A DNA stretch of 64,000 nucleotides, taken from NCBI RefSeq assembly GCF_009914755.1, contig NC_060927.1; one strand, written 5' to 3'. This DNA is from the human T2T-CHM13v2.0 reference genome, Homo sapiens. Positions 56,821 to 64,000 of this stretch are shown one piece after another. The stretch's first letter is position 1, and each line of letters begins with the position of its first letter. Made by a program: the position numbers and the translations under genes. Below the pieces are notes generated by a model. It ran no database searches, was not told the DNA's origin, and saw only the letters and a list, made by a program, of their open reading frames with translations.

Positions 56821-58782
56821 TTAAAAAGGGCTCAGTGTCTCCCCCTGTATCCAGATTGGCACCTAAAATAGGCACCCAATCAAAGCTGAATGATTGTTTG
56901 CTGTAGAGAACATATTAACAACACAATCAAATAAATGTGCAGAGGTACCCTCCTTTGGAAATTTTGCATATGGCAATGGCAGAAGAGCTTCCCTTTTCTG
57001 GTTCTCTAAATGCAGACACCTTTTCTCTTTTTGTCAGAGCTCACCCATGTACTCAGTGTGCAACTCATACTTAGTTTCAGCTCTTTGCTGGAATCTCTTG
57101 GCCTAGCACTAAAGGGAAGATAAAGAAAAGCCCCTGGGAGGCAGCTCTGGGAGGCAGCTTTGTGTGTGGAACTCTGGCTTAGTCACTTACCTGCTTTGTG
57201 CCCGTGCTGTCACCAAAGCTCTTGTCACCTCATCTGAAAATGGAGAAGACACTCCTCGCTTCATAGGCTTGTGTGAAGAATAAATGAATAACTTAGTACA
57301 TAAAGCACCTGGCACACAGTAGTTGCTAACAAAAAAAAATTGAAATTAAAAATAAAGGAACATTTATGGTGAATATTATTAGGTCTAGGACAGGAGCCCC
57401 GTAATGTTGGATCTGGGCTCCCCATATGAACCATCAAGAAGGGATGTGAGCCCTGGGAGAGGAAGAGGGGGACAGAAATAATCCGGAAAGTCTCCTTATC
57501 TTAGCAGACGTTCTTACTGTGTTTTGGGTGCAGTGTCTTCTGATTTGACTGCTGTGTTCAGCAGATTTGTGGAGACCCAGATCCTGGAATGTTTTATGCA
57601 CAAGGATCAATAAAAGCTCTTAGCTTATTTCACTTCCATATTCAAACATAATCAAAACCATTGCTCACATCTCAGACAATGTGGAAGAATGGCTCCAGGG
57701 TTAAAAGGGTTATCTCACGCTGAGGCTCCTGGGTGCTGAGTGGGGATGGCTCCTTGAAGCCAGGGGCTTGGGGCCACAGCCTTACTGCTGTGACAGGTGA
57801 ACCCCTCCTCTGAGTCAACACAGAGCACTCGAGCAATGGTTCTGCTTTGAGGGGCTGGGCCATGAAATTCTTGGCTCAATTTATGAACTTCTTTGGGTTC
57901 CTTGGTTCCTGGTGAGCTCTCCAAATCCTGGTTCTGGGTCTGTGGTTGGTGCCTCACACATTGTACACTTACTTGAAGGAAACACTTGCTGGAGGCAAGA
58001 AGGAGTCACTGCGCCCAAGGCAGCCTCTCATTTAGCCACCCTCTTCCTTAGAATCATCTTCTGTGTCATCTAGATGCTTCTGGGTCTAAGGGCAGAGGAG
58101 AAAGGGGATTGGCTGAGCTGCTGCCAGGGGCTCTAGAGTTGGGGGACAGTGCAGTAAGGGCTGCCCCAAGAGATAAAACAGAGAACAGGCCCTGAGGAGA
58201 AGGAAGGAGTTGAGCACAATCTTGGCTGGCTGGGCCTCGAGAGGAAAGTAGAGAGACCAAATCTGGGTGTTAGGCCCAGTGACCCTTGTGGGATAGGAGG
58301 GAGGTCAGAGAGCAGAACTTGTGGTGACAGATTACAGAGCGTTATGAATTAAGTGGAAACTATATTAAAATGGCCAGGAAGCACGTGAGTAGATAGGAGG
58401 CTTGGGGACCCTATGATCAGCTGAATCTGCAGTGCTGAGTATGGTGATAGGAGGAAGTTATATAATCTACTTAATAGAAAAAAAAAACTTTAGAATTTAA
58501 GATAGAAGAGTCATCCAACTACACTTTAGCAATCTAGCGTGGTCCTGTCAGTAGATTTTTGTTTCGTTTTGTTTTCTGTTTTTTTTTTAAATTTTTTAAA
58601 TCTTTTTTATTTTGAGATGGTACCTGCCAACCCTAGTGGCCCGCGGCCACTAGACTCACTACATACCTGCTGTCCTGGGCCTGCATGGTGTCCTGTCTAC
58701 CTCTCCCAGGGCCTCTGCCCTGCTCTCTTTGTAGGCCAGCTTCCTCTCCTTCCATAGAGTCCCTGTAGCTCCATCATTTGAT

Positions 58783-59089
58783 CTTTTTTTTTTTTTTTTT
58801 TTAGATAGAGTCTCACTCTGTCACTCAGGCTGGAGTGCAGTGATTGATCTCGGCTCACTGCAAATTTGCAAATTCCACCTCCTGGGTTCAAGCAGCTCTC
58901 CTGCCTTGGCTTCCTAGAAACTGGGATTACAGGTGCACGCCACCATGCCTGGCTAATTTTTGTGTTTTTAGTAGAGACAGGGTTTCACCATGTTGACCAA
59001 GCTGGTCTTGAACTCCTGACCTCAGATGATCCTCCCGCCTTGGCCTCCCAAAGTGCTGGGATTACTGGCATGAGCCACTGCGCCCGGCC
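58783..59089 (-). mobile_element. AluS
   Basis: Dimer; TSD CCATCA(T/C)TTGATCTT. Confidence 0.9.
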
Positions 59090-60999
59090 CCATCACTTGA
59101 TCTTGTGCATGGCATTTGCTTGTCATGGTTCCACCACTACCTTTCCCTTCACTCTAGGGTCTACCACCAGCTGACTAGAGTCTTTTTTCACAGTTGCAGT
59201 TTTGAAAGAGTGTCAGATTGGCCCAGCTTCCTTATGTATGGACGAATTGTCTTTAAGTCAGAGTTCTACCCTTTGTCCATCAGGGGAAGTCCAGATGAAT
59301 GAGCAAGTGGGGTAGGGGCAGGGTGGGCAGGTAGAATGACTTGCCTAAATATTGGAGATCTGCAAACCATTTTCCAAAGGACTTAAGAAGCACAAAAGGA
59401 ATCCCCCATTCCCTCATGAAGCTGCAGATTGCTATGGCTGGAGTGTAGGGTGCATGAGAGTGACAGGGCATGAGGCTGGTCAGCTGGAAAGGGGCATGAG
59501 ACAGGTCCCCAAGGCTTTTGCCTGGGTCACAGGGCTGAGAAACCTAGTTATCTGTGTAGGTGAATTCTCCATCTCTCACTGAAAGTTTGGCCTGGAGTGA
59601 AAGGAAGGATACAAGAGCTGGCTAGGGAGAGATGGAGAGTGGAGTCTTCCTTCCTGTTAAGGAGGCAGAGCAGTCAGCCCAGCAGTGCCCACCCTACCTC
59701 CACCCCAGGAGCACTTTGCTCTTGTTCCCCCAGGAGGGCTCCTTGTGGGTGGCTCCTAGCTGACCACTAGCTCAGCTGTTTGCCTGTAAAGACCTCTTCC
59801 CTGACTGCTCTCATTTCCCCACAGTGACCCTGGCTCCTGGTGTTTTGTTGGCATTAATTACAAACAGCAGCAAAGTGCCCGAAGCCTCAAGCAACTTGTT
59901 CTTTTTCCGTCTCACCAGATGCCTTTGTTGTTCGCCCTGTTCTGTCCTGAATCTTTGTGAGGTCTTGACGTTACCACCCATCGCATGGCTCACTTCAGCT
60001 TCAGTTCTGTCTATCAGCATCTCCCGTCTCATGGGATGACTCTTGTTTCTCTTTGTATCTAAGGGTTTCTTTCCCCTGGACACCGTCCTTGTGTATCTAT
60101 CACTCCCCTGTCCCTCCACGGGTTTCTCTTTCTCTCCTTACGAATTGTCATTCATGTACCCCTCTTTCCCAAGCTTGATTAGCAGAGTTCATTTAGCATA
60201 ATGGGTCTTATCTTAGGCTGGGGCTGAGCTGAGTGTGAGCATGAAAAATGAAAAGTCAGACTTGGAGAACTGCACCTTCATTTCCACTAGAAATGGTTAC
60301 ACCAGGTGAACGAGGATATGTGGGTGAGGGAGGGGCTTGGGGGAGAGAGGAGTGTTAGGGGAATGGGCACATTTCTCCATTGCTGGGAGCAGTTTCTATG
60401 GTACCAGTAGTCCTGAAGGTAGCATGCTAAGACTGTTCAGAAGCCTGAAGAATTTGGAAGCTCTTTGACCCAGCACAGTTTTATTCCTAAGACTGTGTCC
60501 AAAGAAAATAATCATGGGACTCCCTGGAAGATTTTGTTTCAAACACTATTTGCCATTAGCCAAAAACAAAACAAAAGGCTGAAGATGACTTAAGTGTCCA
60601 GGCTTGGAGGGTTGGGTACAATTTATGGTACAGCTCTGTGGGGCACTATACATGGCTCATTGGAGATCCCTGGGTACGTATATATTATGCAGCCATTAAA
60701 ATGATGCTGCTGGAGATTACTTACTGACACGGCACTTACTAAACCATGCCTAGCTTTATTACATCTTTATAAAAAATCTGAAAAATAAAAACAAGAAACA
60801 GGTAGAGTATGTTATCTGTAGTTATCTTGGATGAAGAAAGAATGGGTACATTTTGTCTTTTTCATTTAATTATATTTTCTAAAATTTATAGATTGAACAT
60901 ACTTTTTCTGACACAAGGAAACACAATTACTTTAAAAACAAATGCCCTCTATTCAGGCAACTATAATAATATATGGGTTGAAAATTTAGGATCAGTTAA

Positions 61000-61206
<207 letters not shown>

Positions 61207-61598
61207 TAAACAACATACTATAGGTCAAAGGAGACTGTGAACAAGCTTGATGTAGTTGTTGATTGAAATCCATTGTCCGCAGGCCTTCTCTAAACACAAG
61301 ACTTGGGCCCGATCTGTAGCTTTCTAACCCTTGCTTTTTCTTACCACAAGTAGTGAGTAGCACAAGGATTCCACGACTGTAGCAGAGTTTGCTTTGCCCA
61401 ATCTGCAACTTACTCTCAAATTGTACAACCCCAGAGGGATGAGTCTGGGTGAACATGTAGCTCGTTTAGGTCCTGGAAAGGAGGCTGGCTGCCCCGGAGC
61501 TGGCAGTGGGAGGAGCAAAGACTCTTTCCTCCTGAATGTATTAACGTATGTGCTTCTGGTGAAACTTTGCTTTGTTGTTGTTTTTTAACCCTCTGCAG

Positions 61599-61740
61599 GC
61601 AAGGGGAGAGCCAGTTGCGCAGAGCCCTGCAACCAGCAGTCCAGGGAGAAGTGGTGAATGTCATGGAGCCCAGCTGAAATGGACTGGCCCCCTTGAGCCT
61701 GTCCCAAGCCCTGGTGCCAGGTGTCCATCCCCGTGCTGAG
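61599..61740 (+). other. ST6GAL1: ST6GAL1 second non-coding 5'UTR exon (exon Z, 142 bp)
   Basis: Polypyrimidine tract and TTTTAACCCTCTGCAG| acceptor; GAG|GTAAGA donor; sequence matches recalled ST6GAL1 YZ 5'UTR. Confidence 0.88.
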
Positions 61741-62088
61741 GTAAGACCCCCTGAAGCCCAGCCTGAGGAAGAGAGGACACAATGCCTTTTTTGCAGGGGC
61801 AGGAGGCAGAGGGCCTTCTCAGGAAAGAAGGAGCAGTTAGTTGTTTCTGGTTCAGTCAAACCATCTGCTTCAGCCTCAGCCCGTTGGGAGGCAAGGTCAA
61901 TTGGTGGCCAAAGAGGCTTCTGCTTTGTCAGAGCAGGTCTTTGGAATCTTGATGGGAGTTGTATTTTCTCAGTTGCTGGTGAAATTTGAATTCCCAAGGG
62001 AATACATTTATCCTCCAGGTAAGACTGCACCGGATTCAGGTGAATGCTTAAGTATACCTCCTCTGCTCTGCAAGGGAGCTCTTGGGAA

Positions 62089-62120
62089 ACACACACACAC
62101 GCACACACACACGCGCGTGC
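62089..62120. repeat. (CA)n/(CG)n alternating purine-pyrimidine tract
   Basis: 32 nt of perfect alternation ending ACGCGCGTGC. Confidence 0.9.
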
Positions 62121-63440
62121 CACGCTCTCTCTCTTTCAACCCAAGGGTGACAGAGTGAAACATTATGCAGAGAGGTTATTCCAAAACATTCTGGGAAGCT
62201 CACTAAAAATTGATTTTAATTACCTAGATATGTTCTGATTATAAAGGTAATAGGTGCTCATAGAATGATTGGAAAAATTCTGTTGTGGAAGAAAATACAA
62301 TATATCTGAAACCCTGCCCCTGTTAACAATCCTCCAGGTGGTATTCTATTAAGGTTACTCTTTAAGCTTCCACAGGATGTTGATTTTTCCTGTGTGGAGG
62401 TAGAAAGGTGAGGCAGAAGGAGAACTTGTCCCTAATCTGGAAACTCTGTTTCCCAATTTTTATATATTCAAGAATTTTGCAAACTGCTTGTTAAAAACGA
62501 TTAAAAACAATGGGTGGCTTGAAACTGACCACGATGGGGAAACTTATGCCATGGAAATGGGCAAGTGCTACAACCCAGGGCTTTTTTGTTTTGGAAATTC
62601 CGATTAGATAAGCAAGCTGCTGGTTTCAGGGCTTACCCTACCCCAGGCTGTGGGGCATCCGGCAAATCACCTCCCCTATGCATTCCTTCATTTCCTCACC
62701 TGTGAACGGTAGGTGCCCAGTAACATGAGTTGCGTGAATAAATGAAAGTGAGATTTCCGTCATTATTTCATACAACAATCGTGAGGGTCCCATAAAATAA
62801 TGAAAACAGAAATGTTTTGCGTACAGTGAGCCTCCCTGCCCCTGTAGAGAGGGGCTTAGTTGACTGGGCAACCTTTGGTTTAGTGGTAGAAGTTGGCTGC
62901 ATTTCCCCCTTTGGCTCTTGCTCCTTGGGGAGCCTTCGGATTACTGACACCCTTTTATAAAGGCAGATGAAAACCCACCATTTACTGGCCAACATCTGGG
63001 GCACATTTCCTTCCCGGAAAAGTCACGAAGTTGGTCAGAGAAGTGTGAAAAGGGAGCCTCAGCAATGCAGGACATAAGAGCCAGAACTGAAATCAGAGTT
63101 TTTGACTCATAATCTCTAATGCGGGTGTGGGGGACTTCCTGCCAAATGTGAAATTGCAACAAAAGCCTCTTTCTTCAAAGCCCTGCTGTTGCAGCAGATT
63201 AGAGCTAATAAATTAGCATAATGAAGTCCCAGCCTCTGTCCCCCTCCCTCTGCTTCCTGAATCTCTTCCTGTGTCCCAAAGGAGGGATAGGGAGCGGGTG
63301 GGACATCCGTTAAGCACCAGTTTATCCTTGTAGAATTGTAGGTTCAGAAAATTATAAAGGTGGTAAGGTCTACAGAGTCCATCTGGTCCCACACCCTCAT
63401 TTTAAGAACCTCAGGCCACTGAGCTGGTGATTACCAGTGA

Positions 63441-64000
<560 letters not shown>

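Noticed and set aside
61416-62123. 235-aa minus-strand ORF antisense to exon Z
   Set aside because: Begins in a CA/CG microsatellite with a non-ATG start and has no recognisable homology; probably chance

Overview
Primate, almost certainly human, genomic DNA (a young AluYa5-type element is present). I recognise the window as the upstream region, CpG-island promoter (P3) and first two non-coding 5'UTR exons of ST6GAL1 (beta-galactoside alpha-2,6-sialyltransferase 1) on the + strand. Exon Y ends at 28643 and exon Z spans 61599-61740, separated by a ~33 kb intron. This identification comes from recalled mRNA sequence plus consensus splice sites, not a database search. No intact protein-coding exon lies in the window, and the ORF-track entries are repeat-derived, pseudogenic or chance frames. 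Most of the remainder is interspersed repeat: a full-length degenerate L1PA7-like LINE-1 splitting an Alu, two 5'-truncated L1s, ~38 Alu pieces, an LTR9-like ERV1 solo LTR, MaLR LTRs, hAT elements, L2/MIR, an RPL29 processed pseudogene and a truncated U6 retrocopy. I found no evidence of a new multi-gene system. The most interesting signals are small-scale: two templated or fold-back DNA-repair scars (6003-6039 and 9708-9725); an open ORF0-like frame and L1 antisense promoter facing ST6GAL1; a possibly polymorphic AluYa5; a 21-bp E-box module repeated at exactly 180 bp; a TOP-like tract, G4 and uORFs in the 5'UTR; a sense solo LTR in intron 1; an AG|GT site after exon Z; and a STAT/AP-1/NF-kB motif cluster. 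Repeat boundaries and subfamily names are by eye and approximate.
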